From a candidate division FCPU426 bacterium (lineage in GTDB: Bacteria; Oederibacteriota; Muellerivitia; Muellerivitales; DAHXKG01), in contig DAHXKG010000003.1 of NCBI GenBank assembly GCA_027366525.1, positions 72,097-136,096 of the forward strand: a stretch of DNA of 64,000 bases, in the 5' to 3' direction. Positions 30,570 through 40,962 of this stretch are shown piece after piece; position 1 is the stretch's first letter; each line of letters opens with the position of its first letter. Position numbers and translations under genes: made by a program. Under the pieces are notes generated by a model. It was not told where the DNA came from and did no database searches. It saw nothing but the letters and a program-made list of their open reading frames with translations.

Positions 30570-31505
30570 TTGAACCTAAAAGAGGAAAATCGACACATAA
30601 AAGTGTTCGGGGTGATTCTTGTAATATTTTTGTGCAATATAGCTCTAGCCTTAGGCAAAATCATTATTGGAATATCAATTCAAGCGCTTTCGATGATCTC
30701 AGATGGACTGCATTCTGGTCTAGATGCAGTTTCTAACATAATGGGCTTAGCTGGAATTAAAATTTCTGAAAAACCACCAGATTTCGATCATCCCTATGGG
30801 CATCAAAAATTTGAAGTATTTGCTGCAATGGCCATTTCAGTTTTTATGGGAGTGACTTGTTTTGAAATTATTCTGAATATCCTTCATCGATTAAAACATC
30901 CTCAAATCATGCCCAAACCAACACTAATGGCTTTAGGAATCATGATCATTTCCATGGGATTGAATTTAATGATGTCATGGTATGAGCGAAAAAAAGGGAA
31001 TCAATATAATAGCCAATATCTTTGGGCCGATAGTGCTCATGTCGGAACAGATTTTTTGGCATCCGTATCCGTTTTAGTGGCGTTGATTATATCCAAATTG
31101 CACTGGGGAAACATTGATGTAATAGTCTCTGGATGGATTGTGATCATTATTTTGCGATCAGCCTATCAAATTGTTACTCAATCCCTGCAAATTTTATCTG
31201 ATCATAGTGTTTTAGATCCGGCATCGGTAGCGAGTCTTGTTACGAATATTCCCGGTATTATTTCCTGTCACAAAGTGAGAAGTCGTGGAATGCCAGGCAA
31301 TATTTTTATAGATTTACACATTCAAGTTCCAGCTCAATTGACTGTAAAACGCTCTCATCAGTTAGCGCATCAAGTGGTAGCAGTGATTAAGGAAAAAATA
31401 GCGGGTGTTAATGAAGTTTGGGTTCATACGGAACCAGCCAAACAGAGTGATTATGTCAATCGACAAAAAATATCAAAGATTAAACGGACATCAAAAACTG
31501 TTTAA
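30570..31505 (+). CDS. Cation diffusion facilitator (FieF-like)
   Basis: SDGLHSGLD, DHPYGH, ADSAHVGTD, VHTEP. Confidence 0.92.
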   Translation: MNLKEENRHIKVFGVILVIFLCNIALALGKIIIGISIQALSMISDGLHSGLDAVSNIMGLAGIKISEKPPDFDHPYGHQKFEVFAAMAISVFMGVTCFEIILNILHRLKHPQIMPKPTLMALGIMIISMGLNLMMSWYERKKGNQYNSQYLWADSAHVGTDFLASVSVLVALIISKLHWGNIDVIVSGWIVIIILRSAYQIVTQSLQILSDHSVLDPASVASLVTNIPGIISCHKVRSRGMPGNIFIDLHIQVPAQLTVKRSHQLAHQVVAVIKEKIAGVNEVWVHTEPAKQSDYVNRQKISKIKRTSKTV

Positions 31506-31629
31506 AAATTTGTTAGTCTTTTATTAGAATTGGGCCACTTAAAAATAAAAAAGAATTATTAGTATTTTTAAGGGTTGATTTAACGATAGTTTAGAAGAGA
31601 ATAAAAAAAATATCATTTAGGGTTGCGTT

Positions 31630-33576
31630 GTGGAAATAAAACGAAATCTACAGACATTGGATGATCTTTCCTCATTGGAATGGATAGAAACCAATGGTTT
31701 GGGCAGTTTTGCATTTGGTACAGTTTCAGGGGCGCATACTCGAAGATACCATGGCTTATTTTTAGGGGCGCTTCATCCTCCGGGCGATCGCATCTTGCTT
31801 CTTTCAAAGCTGGAAGAAAGACTATATTTTGATGGACAAGCACCCGTTGATTTGGCGACCAATTATTATCCCGGTGTAACGTACCCATCGGGTTATCAGC
31901 TCATTTCGTATTTTAATACCTTTCCTTGCATTACGTGGCATTTTTCAAAGAACAATTGGAAAATTCAAAAGCAAATTTGTATGATTCAAGGCCGACAAGG
32001 TGTTTTAGTGCGATATGAACTACTAGAAGGAGAGGCTGCAGTTTTTAGTTTGGCACCCTTATTAGCGTATCGAAATTATAATAGTTTAGTTCGTGAAAAT
32101 TCATATATTAATCATACCATCAGCAATCCGGAACCCGGTATTTTTGTTTTAAATCCTTATGAAAATATGCCCGAACTTGTATTTGCGATACCGCCGAATG
32201 CTCAATTTTCATCAAGTTTAGATTGGTTCCGTAATTTCCAGTATCGTGTAGAAAAAGCACGTGGGTTTGACTTTCAAGAGGATCTGTATAATCCGGGCAT
32301 GATTTCATTAAGATTAACTCCCAAAATGCCCTTTACATTATGGGTGGGATTAGAAAAATTTTCGTCGCAACTTCCGGAAGAAGCCTTTCAGAATGAAATT
32401 CAAGAACGAATGAATAAAAATCGGAGTTATCCTTTACCCGAGATGGCCCGAGCGCTCTCAATAACTGGGGAAAAATTTTTAATACGCCGGCAAGATGGTA
32501 CACCAAGTATTTTAGCGGGATTTCCATGGTTTGAAGATTGGGGAAGAGATTGCTTTATCAGTTTACCGGGATTGTTAATCGAAACTGGAAAAACAAGACA
32601 GGCATGCGATATTCTAAAGTCTTGGATTCAGTATCTTAAAAACGGACTTTTACCTAACCGGTTTCCTGATGCGGGAGATCAAGCAGAATATAATTCTGCC
32701 GATGCGATATTTTGGTACATATGGGCTTTATCAAAGTATGTTTTAGCTTCGAACGATACCCAAACCCTTAAAGGTATTTTACCTAAAATTCAAAATGCAT
32801 TGAAAATTCTGATTCAAGGAACGATTCATGGTATTCATGTTGATTTAAATGACGGATTGATTTTTTCTGGAGAACTTGGATTTCAGTTAACTTGGATGGA
32901 TGCTAAGATTGGAAATAATGTGATTACACCTCGAATGGGGAAGCCCATAGAGATTAATGCACTCTGGATTTATGCACTCGATTTTTTAAATCAGATGTTT
33001 CCAAATGATTCGGTGTCAATAGAACTGCGTCCAATTTTAGATTTAGCTAAAAACAATTTTTTCAAAAAGTTTTGGAATGAATCCAAAGGATACTTTAATG
33101 ATGTGATTGATGGTCCACAAGGCGCGGAAACCAATTTGCGCCCAAATCAAATTATAGGGTTAGCATTAGTGCATGAAATCCTTGTTCCTGAAAAAGCGAA
33201 ACTGGCGTTAAAACAGTGTCAAGAACAACTTTTAACACCATTTGGGTTACGAACTCTTTCACCGCAGGATCCCAAGTTTCATTCAAAGTATCAAGGCAAT
33301 TCGCTGGAAAGAGACTCCGCATATCATCAAGGAACAGTTTGGCCATGGTTGCTAGGATTTTATGGTGAGTCTCTCTTGAAATTTGGAGAACAAAATAAAA
33401 TTTCAGAGTTCAAACAATTAATTTTGAATTTGCAGCAACATCTTCAAGAATTTGGGATTGATGGCATTTCAGAAGTTTTTGATGCAACGGTTCCTTTTTT
33501 ACCGGGTGGGTGTCCATTTCAAGCGTGGAGTGTAGCGGAAGTTTTTCGTATCGGTAAAATTCTTAATCTTTGGTAA
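31630..33576 (+). CDS. Glycogen debranching enzyme (amylo-alpha-1,6-glucosidase)
   Basis: EWIETNGLG, TRRYHGL, DWGRD, TWMDAK, YHQGTVWPW, QAWSVAE. Confidence 0.92.
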   Translation: MEIKRNLQTLDDLSSLEWIETNGLGSFAFGTVSGAHTRRYHGLFLGALHPPGDRILLLSKLEERLYFDGQAPVDLATNYYPGVTYPSGYQLISYFNTFPCITWHFSKNNWKIQKQICMIQGRQGVLVRYELLEGEAAVFSLAPLLAYRNYNSLVRENSYINHTISNPEPGIFVLNPYENMPELVFAIPPNAQFSSSLDWFRNFQYRVEKARGFDFQEDLYNPGMISLRLTPKMPFTLWVGLEKFSSQLPEEAFQNEIQERMNKNRSYPLPEMARALSITGEKFLIRRQDGTPSILAGFPWFEDWGRDCFISLPGLLIETGKTRQACDILKSWIQYLKNGLLPNRFPDAGDQAEYNSADAIFWYIWALSKYVLASNDTQTLKGILPKIQNALKILIQGTIHGIHVDLNDGLIFSGELGFQLTWMDAKIGNNVITPRMGKPIEINALWIYALDFLNQMFPNDSVSIELRPILDLAKNNFFKKFWNESKGYFNDVIDGPQGAETNLRPNQIIGLALVHEILVPEKAKLALKQCQEQLLTPFGLRTLSPQDPKFHSKYQGNSLERDSAYHQGTVWPWLLGFYGESLLKFGEQNKISEFKQLILNLQQHLQEFGIDGISEVFDATVPFLPGGCPFQAWSVAEVFRIGKILNLW

Positions 33577-33586
33577 TAGACATTGA

Positions 33587-33615
33587 TTGTAATTTCAAAT
33601 TTTTATCGATAGACT
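33587..33615 (+). promoter_or_regulatory. Putative sigma70 promoter of tRNA-Val
   Basis: TTGTAA-N17-TAGACT about 20 nt upstream of the tRNA. Confidence 0.5.
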
Positions 33616-33634
33616 AATTTAGTTTGATTTGAGA

Positions 33635-33711
33635 GGACGTTTAGCTCAGTCGGTTAGAGCGTCGCGTTCACATCGCGAAGGTCACTGGTTCGAGTCCAGT
33701 AACGTCCACCA
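33635..33711 (+). tRNA. tRNA-Val(CAC)
   Basis: Full cloverleaf: GGACGTT/AACGTCC acceptor, TCGCG-TTCACAT-CGCGA anticodon arm, TTCGAGT T-loop, encoded CCA. Confidence 0.97.
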
Positions 33712-33912
33712 TGTAATAAATGAGCGGAGAACGCTCGCTTATTGAGCATCGATATTCTAGTTTTGAAAACGAAGTTCATGTTTTTCTCGCTGGTAAAAAT
33801 TTTTCCGATGATTCCATCCTTTTAAAAACGCTTAATTGATAGCTTGGGTACCCATTAACTTTAAAGAACAAGTTAATGCATCAAACAGATGGTTAGGAAA
33901 AGTGATCTAGAG

Positions 33913-34413
33913 TTAAGTTCTATTCCCACGATAAGTTCCAGAATTCGCGGCCGTTTCCCATAATGTAAGTTCATAGAGTTGCACATTGAATTTTTGAAAA
34001 TCGGATTCAAGATAGTTCCAGATGACAATTAAAAGATTTTCAACAGTAGTTTGAAGATAAGGGTGGCTTTTAAATGGTTCAACTTCATGATTAATCAATC
34101 GATGATCAAAGCATTTATAAATTTTTTGATTCAAAATTTCTTTGAAATCTTGAAAATCCATAACGAATCCAGTTTGAGCATCGATTTTTCCCAGGATGGT
34201 TACTTTGAGTCGATACGAATGTCCATGTGGTTGATGCGCTATTTTAGGATTTTCAAGCCGATAACCGGAGCACTTTTTAAAAATAGAAAGATTTTTTTTA
34301 CGACTCCAAGCAGGGTTATGGAGATAATGAGCGGCCTCGAATCGCAGCTCGCGTGTAATTTGAATTTCGGGTGGGGATAAAAGTTTTTTATTTAGGGGTT
34401 GATGTGGATTCAA
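33913..34413 (-). CDS. queD: 6-carboxytetrahydropterin synthase (QueD/PTPS family)
   Basis: FEAAH, C...HGHSY, GFVMDF, FDH, TVEN, LWET. Confidence 0.85.
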   Translation of the reverse strand: MNPHQPLNKKLLSPPEIQITRELRFEAAHYLHNPAWSRKKNLSIFKKCSGYRLENPKIAHQPHGHSYRLKVTILGKIDAQTGFVMDFQDFKEILNQKIYKCFDHRLINHEVEPFKSHPYLQTTVENLLIVIWNYLESDFQKFNVQLYELTLWETAANSGTYRGNRT

Positions 34414-34987
34414 GGGAGTATTTCCAACATCCTTTCTTTAATTTTTGGGCTGTTTGTTCCAATTTCAACAGTTTAAGCGTTTGCTTGGGTGATAAACCAG
34501 ATGAAGGCTTTAAAACGCCTAGCCCCAATTTTATGGCCCAAGCAGTAATACTTTGATGGTTTTTAATGAAAAAAAGTTGAGCATGTTGACAATTTTGTGT
34601 ATCGACCACAATGGATGGATATTCCAATTGAACAGATTGGTTTTTCAAGAGAGACCAATAAGTATAATAGTATTGAATCCATCGTTGGGTATCTTCCGGA
34701 CTTTCAAATTTGGGACGCTGAATGCCAGCAAGTTTTAACGCTGTTTGATGATTCAAGATGACAATAAAATTCCAATGCGTGGAAGTAATCAGGGCCATAG
34801 AGTTTATGGGTAGTGGAGTAGAATCAGCATGGGGGGCAGGGGGTGGAAGACATTGAGTTAATTGAGCAGCACCAAAACACGCATTGGTTGAAAAACTCAG
34901 ATTGCAAAAAGTTCCTGCTAGGGCCATGCCGGTAAAAATCCACAAAAATAATTCAACCAATAGTATTTTTATTCCATGATGAATCAT
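34388..34987 (-). CDS. Secreted thermonuclease (SNase)-like protein, degenerate
   Basis: Signal peptide; LKLAGI, LKNQSVQLE, IKLGLG and EQTAQKLKKGCW follow the SNase pattern. Confidence 0.5.
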   Translation of the reverse strand: MIHHGIKILLVELFLWIFTGMALAGTFCNLSFSTNACFGAAQLTQCLPPPAPHADSTPLPINSMALITSTHWNFIVILNHQTALKLAGIQRPKFESPEDTQRWIQYYYTYWSLLKNQSVQLEYPSIVVDTQNCQHAQLFFIKNHQSITAWAIKLGLGVLKPSSGLSPKQTLKLLKLEQTAQKLKKGCWKYSLESTSTPK

Positions 34988-36639
34988 AAGGGCTCTATGG
35001 ATTCGTGAAATTGATGAGCAATGGGAAATCGGCGACCGATTCCAAATGATTTTGGTGTTACTTTGAGTCCAGGTGGAAGTTGATGTCGTTTGTACTCGGC
35101 ATGGTCTAATTTATCTAGAATGGATGGAATGGAAATGGAGGTGGAGTTCAAATTTTGAATTTGAGACAGCGTTTGGTTGTCTTCAACATACGCTTTTAAA
35201 ACGCGATCCAAAAGTTCATATGGAGGAAGCGAATCTTGATCCGTTTGATTTAGTTTTAGCTCAGCAGAAGGAGGTTTAGTGAAGACGGCGGTTGGAATAA
35301 AAGCTTGATTACGGTTTGCATAAGTCGCGAGCTGATAAACCATGGTTTTGGGAATATCGGCGATTACGGCTAAACCGCCACACATATCTCCATATAACGT
35401 GCAATACCCAACCGATAATTCACTTTTATTTCCTGTAGTTAAAAGTAAATAATTGAATTTGTTGGAAAAAGACATCAAAATTGTTCCTCGAATTCGAGCT
35501 TGTAAATTTTCCTCCGTAATGTCCGGTTTGGAATTTGAAAAATGAGGAGAAAAAATGCTTAGGAATTTTTTATACAATGGAGTAATAGGAATAACTTTGA
35601 ATTCAATGTTTAGGGCTTGAGATAGTTGCTGAGAGTCTAAAATGCTTCCTTTGGAAGAAAAAGGAGAAGGCAAAGTAATTCCAAGAACATTGGCGGGACC
35701 TAAAGCTTCAACAGCTAAACAGGCCACCAAAGAGGAATCAATACCACCCGATAGGCCGATTAAGGCTTTAGTGAATCCACATTTTTGGGTATAATCACGA
35801 ATACCAAGAACTAAAGCTTTGAAAATACTTTCAGTTTCTGTTTTCGAAGTGGGGTGAATATTTTTGTGAGCCGGGGTATGTGTGTCATAGGGTAGAAAGC
35901 CTTCTTGAAAATCTTTTGCAAGTTGTAAAATTTCACCTTGAGCATTTGTTATCATGCTGCATCCATCGAAAATCAATTCATCATTACCGCCGACAAGATT
36001 GCAATAGAAAACAGGAGCGTTTACTTTTTGAGCAGTTATTTTGAGAATATTTTGTCGAATCGGGAGTTTCGCCATATGAAAGGGAGAAGCGGAAAGATTA
36101 ATGAGCATATCTACATGACTAGTCATTAAAGGTTGAATTGGATTTAAATGGTATTTGGGTGGTTTGAAAAAATCAGTGTGATTCCAAATATCTTCACAAA
36201 TGGTAATCCCAATTTTGTGTCCTAGATATTCAAACGGCTTTTCAACAATCGAGGCGGGTTCAAAATAACGCGCTTCATCAAAAACATCATAGTTGGGCAA
36301 AAGCGATTTTTTTTGTACATATAAAATTGCCCCATTTTTCACAATGACGGCAGCATTATATAATGAATTTCCAGATCCTGGATTAGGAAGGATAGTTCCA
36401 AGCAAGGTTGCAAGTCCTTCACTCGAGCGCGCAATGGCCATTAGTGCTTGTTGTGCTTGATCAATAAAACTCGGACGTTCTAAAAGATCGCGCGGGGGAT
36501 ATCCGGTTAGAACTAATTCGGGAAAAACGATTAAGTCATATGATTGAGCGCGTAGCTGCTTTTGAATAGCTGCAATCTTTTGAATATTCGATTTAAAATT
36601 TCCAATAATGGTATTAATTTGGCAGAGCGCAATTTTCAT
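34984..36639 (-). CDS. nadE: Glutamine-dependent NAD+ synthetase
   Basis: Nitrilase domain (FPEL, K..LPNY, ICEDIW) plus GLSGGIDS, ENLQAR, TGNKSE, PPSAEL. Confidence 0.97.
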   Translation of the reverse strand: MKIALCQINTIIGNFKSNIQKIAAIQKQLRAQSYDLIVFPELVLTGYPPRDLLERPSFIDQAQQALMAIARSSEGLATLLGTILPNPGSGNSLYNAAVIVKNGAILYVQKKSLLPNYDVFDEARYFEPASIVEKPFEYLGHKIGITICEDIWNHTDFFKPPKYHLNPIQPLMTSHVDMLINLSASPFHMAKLPIRQNILKITAQKVNAPVFYCNLVGGNDELIFDGCSMITNAQGEILQLAKDFQEGFLPYDTHTPAHKNIHPTSKTETESIFKALVLGIRDYTQKCGFTKALIGLSGGIDSSLVACLAVEALGPANVLGITLPSPFSSKGSILDSQQLSQALNIEFKVIPITPLYKKFLSIFSPHFSNSKPDITEENLQARIRGTILMSFSNKFNYLLLTTGNKSELSVGYCTLYGDMCGGLAVIADIPKTMVYQLATYANRNQAFIPTAVFTKPPSAELKLNQTDQDSLPPYELLDRVLKAYVEDNQTLSQIQNLNSTSISIPSILDKLDHAEYKRHQLPPGLKVTPKSFGIGRRFPIAHQFHESIEPL

Positions 36640-36988
36640 ATTTTGAAACCAGTGCAGAAATGGTGTAAATGCCTATTTTACTTGGATTAAATTAGGATGT
36701 CAAAAAGCATTCTGCTGTTAAAAACGAATAAATCCGGTAATATTAAGAGATAACCGGATATCCATTAATCCATGGAAGGATCCGGTCAGTGATGGAACAA
36801 CGAAAAACTTTGTGGAATTGTTAAGAGGTTTTCTCTTTTGCTGAAGCCGTTTTGTGCTTTCTAGACGTCCTCAAAACCTTTCCTGCAAATAAGGAAGCAC
36901 GGTCTCTCGACCGAGGATTTCTCTAACCAATACGTCTAGATAATCTTCATTAAAATCCATTGAAATCTCGATGGATTTTAAAATCTTT

Positions 36989-38257
36989 TCAAAAATTTTT
37001 CAACATAAGCTTTTCAGTTAAAGGATGATTGATTAAGAAATTGGACAAGTCACTTTCTTCAATTAATGAAGAGTGTGAATCAGGATGAAGAGATAATGAA
37101 ATGACAAATTTTAAAATAGATTTAGATGACGGAGAGATAACGGTTAGAAAGCCACTATGATGATAAAGAATGAGCAGAAAGCTTAACAAATAAGCACCTT
37201 GATCATTGGGCATGGTGGGTAAGTTTAACGAAGGGTTTAAAATTGCTAACCACGCCTCTTGAAATAAGTTAAGCCCGTTGAATAATACTTCGATTTGAAC
37301 TTGCTGAGTCGACAGAGTCGGGTCAAAGGACAAAGAAGTTAATTGAATCGATAAAGGTTGATCAGATATTTGTAGAGCCTCTTTTAAGAGAAATTCAAAG
37401 AAGGAGTCAAACCGATTTTGGTCGACGGGGAGAGGAGGAAGATCCTTTGAAATTAAGTTATCGACACGTATAGATTTTTTATTGAGGTCTGTTTTGAATT
37501 TTTGGATCGATGAATTCAAAAGCGCTTCAAGGGATAAGGTGTTTTGAAAGACAGGTGGCTTGGAAGGAATGACAGGCCAAAAAGGATTAAGAATATCCAT
37601 AACCCGGTGCATTTTAGTTTGGATAGTTTGATAATAATTATTCCAAAATTGTGAAGAATAAAAAATGTTGTTAGGGGGAGGATCATTTTCTACCAATTCA
37701 TTTGGATTAAATTGGAGAAAAGTTTGAATGGCACGAGTGGCATGCAAGATGTAGGGATTACACACTAAAGAAAAAAGACCCAGACTAAGGATGCGGTCAG
37801 TTAACATAATATAGTGGAGTGAAGAAATTTTTTCTTTTAATAGAGAATCTCGTTCCTGTTGAATTGAAAAAAAATCTAGACTTCGCTTCAGTGTCATGGA
37901 TAAATGATTAAAATCCCAGGGTTTAGTGACATATTTGTAAATTTGCCCACTATTGACTGCTTGAATAGCGGATTCAAGGTCAGCATAGGCGGTTATAAGA
38001 ATTCGAACAATTTGTGGATGAGCCCGTCGAACTCGTTCAAGGAAATCCACCCCTTTTTCTCCGGGCATGACTTGATCGGTAATAATAATTCCGATTTCTT
38101 GTTCACACTCTTGGATAATATTCCACCCTTCTTGAGTTGAAGAGGCAGTGAAAATTGTAAATTGCTCCTCAAAGGTTTTCCTGAAATATTTTAAAGCTAG
38201 AATTTCATCATCAATATACAAGATTTTATATTGTTTGTAATTCGTAAGTGATTCCAT
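36989..38257 (-). CDS. Receiver protein with degenerate kinase-like C-terminus (PhcR/PhcQ-like)
   Basis: ILYIDDE, TDQVMP, KPW; the C-terminus parallels 16077..17354 but H-box and G-boxes are eroded. Confidence 0.8.
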   Translation of the reverse strand: MESLTNYKQYKILYIDDEILALKYFRKTFEEQFTIFTASSTQEGWNIIQECEQEIGIIITDQVMPGEKGVDFLERVRRAHPQIVRILITAYADLESAIQAVNSGQIYKYVTKPWDFNHLSMTLKRSLDFFSIQQERDSLLKEKISSLHYIMLTDRILSLGLFSLVCNPYILHATRAIQTFLQFNPNELVENDPPPNNIFYSSQFWNNYYQTIQTKMHRVMDILNPFWPVIPSKPPVFQNTLSLEALLNSSIQKFKTDLNKKSIRVDNLISKDLPPLPVDQNRFDSFFEFLLKEALQISDQPLSIQLTSLSFDPTLSTQQVQIEVLFNGLNLFQEAWLAILNPSLNLPTMPNDQGAYLLSFLLILYHHSGFLTVISPSSKSILKFVISLSLHPDSHSSLIEESDLSNFLINHPLTEKLMLKNF

Positions 38258-38283
38258 ATGGCCTCCAAAGTAGCTATTATTTT

Positions 38284-40962
38284 TTAAACCGACTTAGGTA
38301 ACTGAATCATGCCGGGGAGTTGAATAGTAAATTCTGTAAATTTTCCTGATTCACTCTGAACTGTAATCCGGCCATTTTGATCTTTGATAATTTGATAACA
38401 AATACTTAAGCCCAAACCCAATCCTTCGCCCACATCCTTGGTGGTAAAAAATGGATCAAAAACTTTTGAAATATTTTCTGGAGCAATACCGGTTCCATTG
38501 TCTCGAATATGTAGAAATATAAAGTTGTTTTCAAAACGACTTTGAATTTGAAGAGTTGGTTTTTCATCGGAATTAAAGTTTTTATTTTTCATAGCAGTCA
38601 AAGCATTTTGAATTAAATTTAATAATACTTGAATAATTCGGTTTTTATTGACTAGAACAAAATGTTCAGATGGAATTTGAACATCAATTTGAAATAGCTC
38701 AGGAATCTCATGTTGAATAAAGGTAAGTGTTGTAGAAATCAAGGGATGAACTTGAAACCAATCTTTTCCCATTGCATTCGGATGTGCAAAGCTTTTAAGG
38801 TTAGAAATGATTTTTTGAACTCGATCTAAGCCTTCTTCCATATCTTCAATCATATCAAGTATTTGATGCTTATCAGATTGTGTAGGGGAACCATATTTTT
38901 GTTTTAAAAGGTAGAGGGCTTGTAAAACATAATTTAAAGGATTGTTAATTTCATGAATGATGCCAGCGCTAAGAGTTCCTAAGGACGCCATTTTTTCATG
39001 TTGGATCAGTTGACTTTGAGTTTGTTTTAAAAGTTCAAGCGTTTCTTGAGCTTTTTGGTTCATTAATTCCAGATCGGCTTTTTGTTGTAAAATCTTTTTT
39101 TGAAATTCATGCGATTGTAAAATATTTTTAATTCTGATTTTTAATTCTAAGATAGAAAATGGTTTGGTTAAAAAATCAGTCGCTCCAGCGTTTAATGCTT
39201 CAATTTTCATTTCATCATCGGCTCGAGCAGTTAACATAATTACAGGAATGGTTTCTGTGTTTTTATGTTGAAAAAGTTCATGGCATACATCAATGCCATT
39301 TTTCCCAGGCAGCATCATGTCCAGGAGAATAATTTCTGGAGAATTTTGGATAGCAAGATGGATACCTTGATGGCCATCATTTGCTTCTAAGATTTTAAAT
39401 TGAGACTTGAGAATTAATCTTAAAAATTCTCGCATATCGGGTTCATCGTCAATAATGAGAATAAGCGGCTTTGTGGATCGCTCTTGGGTGGCCAATGACT
39501 CTGACGGCGATGGAAATAATGAAGAAAAATGCAGAATACGGTTATGTAAGTCCATATTTAATTGTTGGAGCGGCAAAGGCGACAAATCTTTTTTGTTTTT
39601 CAACTCTGGAGTTGTACTGTTTAAGGGGGAGGGGTGGCATGGCAGGGAAACCGTAATTTGTGTTTTTTGATTTAAAACTGATTCGACTTGAATCGTTCCA
39701 TGTTGAGCATCGACGAGTTCTTTGACGATCGAAAGGCCTAAGCCGGTTCCTGAATTTTGGTAGCTAGTATTGGGATCTGCTTTCCAAAATCGATCAAATA
39801 TTTTAGAAATATTTTCGGGTGCGATGCCTTGACCAGTATCTTCAACGGACAAAATAAAGTTTTGATTTTCGTATCGGCTGATTACGGTGATGCGTCCTTC
39901 TGGCGGCGTGAATTTAATGGAATTGAAAACAAGATTGAGAATTATCTTTTCCAGTTGGATTTGATCCATTTCAATGAGGATTAAGGAGGGATCAAATTGA
40001 ACGTCTAACATAATATTTTTGGATTCAGCGATTGTGTTCAATGAGAGTAACAGTCCACGTATGAAGGTTGGAATATCTGTCGGGGTGGGATTGAATGGCA
40101 TTTTTTGGGATTCGAGTTTAATCAGATCAAGAATATCATTGATATATCGTAGGAGGCGTTGTGCATTAACACTCATCAAGTTCAAGATTTGATTGGTTTT
40201 TTCATCAAATTCTTTGGATTTTTGAATTCGCAAATCTTCCAAAGGTGAAATTAAAAGTGTCAATGGGGTACGGAGCTCATGGCTGACATTGGCAAAAAAA
40301 TTACTTTTCAAGCGATCCAGCTCTAAAAGTTGCTGATACGATTTTTCCAATAATTTTTGACTTTGATCCAATTTATATCGAAGAGAAAATTCTTGGAATC
40401 TTAACCGGCTTTGAAAATAACTGGCAATAATTACAATAACATCGGTTAAAATCAGGAAGTATAAATTATTAATAAAGATATTAACGCTGATATTGCCAGG
40501 ATGAAAAAAGCAGGCCATTGCATAAATCAAAATGACACAAGAGCCAACAATTAGATTTTCAAAAAAGGTCCATGGGAAAATGAGCCCCACACCTAAAAGT
40601 ACTAAATTTAATCCCGCGTAATAGGGCGAGGCAGCTCCTTGGCTCATATAGATCATCCAAGCAATATCGGCAATGGGCAATAAGGGAAGCATCAAACTCC
40701 AAAACCGATAATGTTTGTAAAAAAAATCAGTTTGACAGAGTATCAAAAAAAGCAAGGCAAGGAATGCCGTAAGCAAACGCGAAATTAAGAATATCTTAAA
40801 CTGATCAGGATAAATGACGTAATCCAAAACGAGGCCAAACGGAACCAAAATAATAATTAAGAGGGCTTCTAAGCGAATGTTTTTTAATCGAATTTGTTTA
40901 TCATAATCAGCATAAGCGAATTCAATATCGTGAATGGAAATGTTGGAAAAAGGTTCAGTCAT
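38284..40962 (-). CDS. Membrane hybrid sensor kinase (TM-HK-REC-HK), PhcS-like
   Basis: About six TM helices incl. SPYYAGL; SHELRTP; HATPase; REC (LLDMMLP); second IHEINNP and HATPase; start overlaps the upstream stop (ATGACTGA). Confidence 0.88.
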   Translation of the reverse strand: MTEPFSNISIHDIEFAYADYDKQIRLKNIRLEALLIIILVPFGLVLDYVIYPDQFKIFLISRLLTAFLALLFLILCQTDFFYKHYRFWSLMLPLLPIADIAWMIYMSQGAASPYYAGLNLVLLGVGLIFPWTFFENLIVGSCVILIYAMACFFHPGNISVNIFINNLYFLILTDVIVIIASYFQSRLRFQEFSLRYKLDQSQKLLEKSYQQLLELDRLKSNFFANVSHELRTPLTLLISPLEDLRIQKSKEFDEKTNQILNLMSVNAQRLLRYINDILDLIKLESQKMPFNPTPTDIPTFIRGLLLSLNTIAESKNIMLDVQFDPSLILIEMDQIQLEKIILNLVFNSIKFTPPEGRITVISRYENQNFILSVEDTGQGIAPENISKIFDRFWKADPNTSYQNSGTGLGLSIVKELVDAQHGTIQVESVLNQKTQITVSLPCHPSPLNSTTPELKNKKDLSPLPLQQLNMDLHNRILHFSSLFPSPSESLATQERSTKPLILIIDDEPDMREFLRLILKSQFKILEANDGHQGIHLAIQNSPEIILLDMMLPGKNGIDVCHELFQHKNTETIPVIMLTARADDEMKIEALNAGATDFLTKPFSILELKIRIKNILQSHEFQKKILQQKADLELMNQKAQETLELLKQTQSQLIQHEKMASLGTLSAGIIHEINNPLNYVLQALYLLKQKYGSPTQSDKHQILDMIEDMEEGLDRVQKIISNLKSFAHPNAMGKDWFQVHPLISTTLTFIQHEIPELFQIDVQIPSEHFVLVNKNRIIQVLLNLIQNALTAMKNKNFNSDEKPTLQIQSRFENNFIFLHIRDNGTGIAPENISKVFDPFFTTKDVGEGLGLGLSICYQIIKDQNGRITVQSESGKFTEFTIQLPGMIQLPKSV

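Noticed and set aside
33712..33912. Island integrated at tRNA-Val
   Set aside because: No integrase and no duplicated tRNA 3' end noticed; housekeeping genes follow.
36718..36960. Selenocysteine read-through of the TGA at 36871-36873
   Set aside because: The extended peptide has no redox motif or recognisable family, and no clear SECIS follows the TGA.
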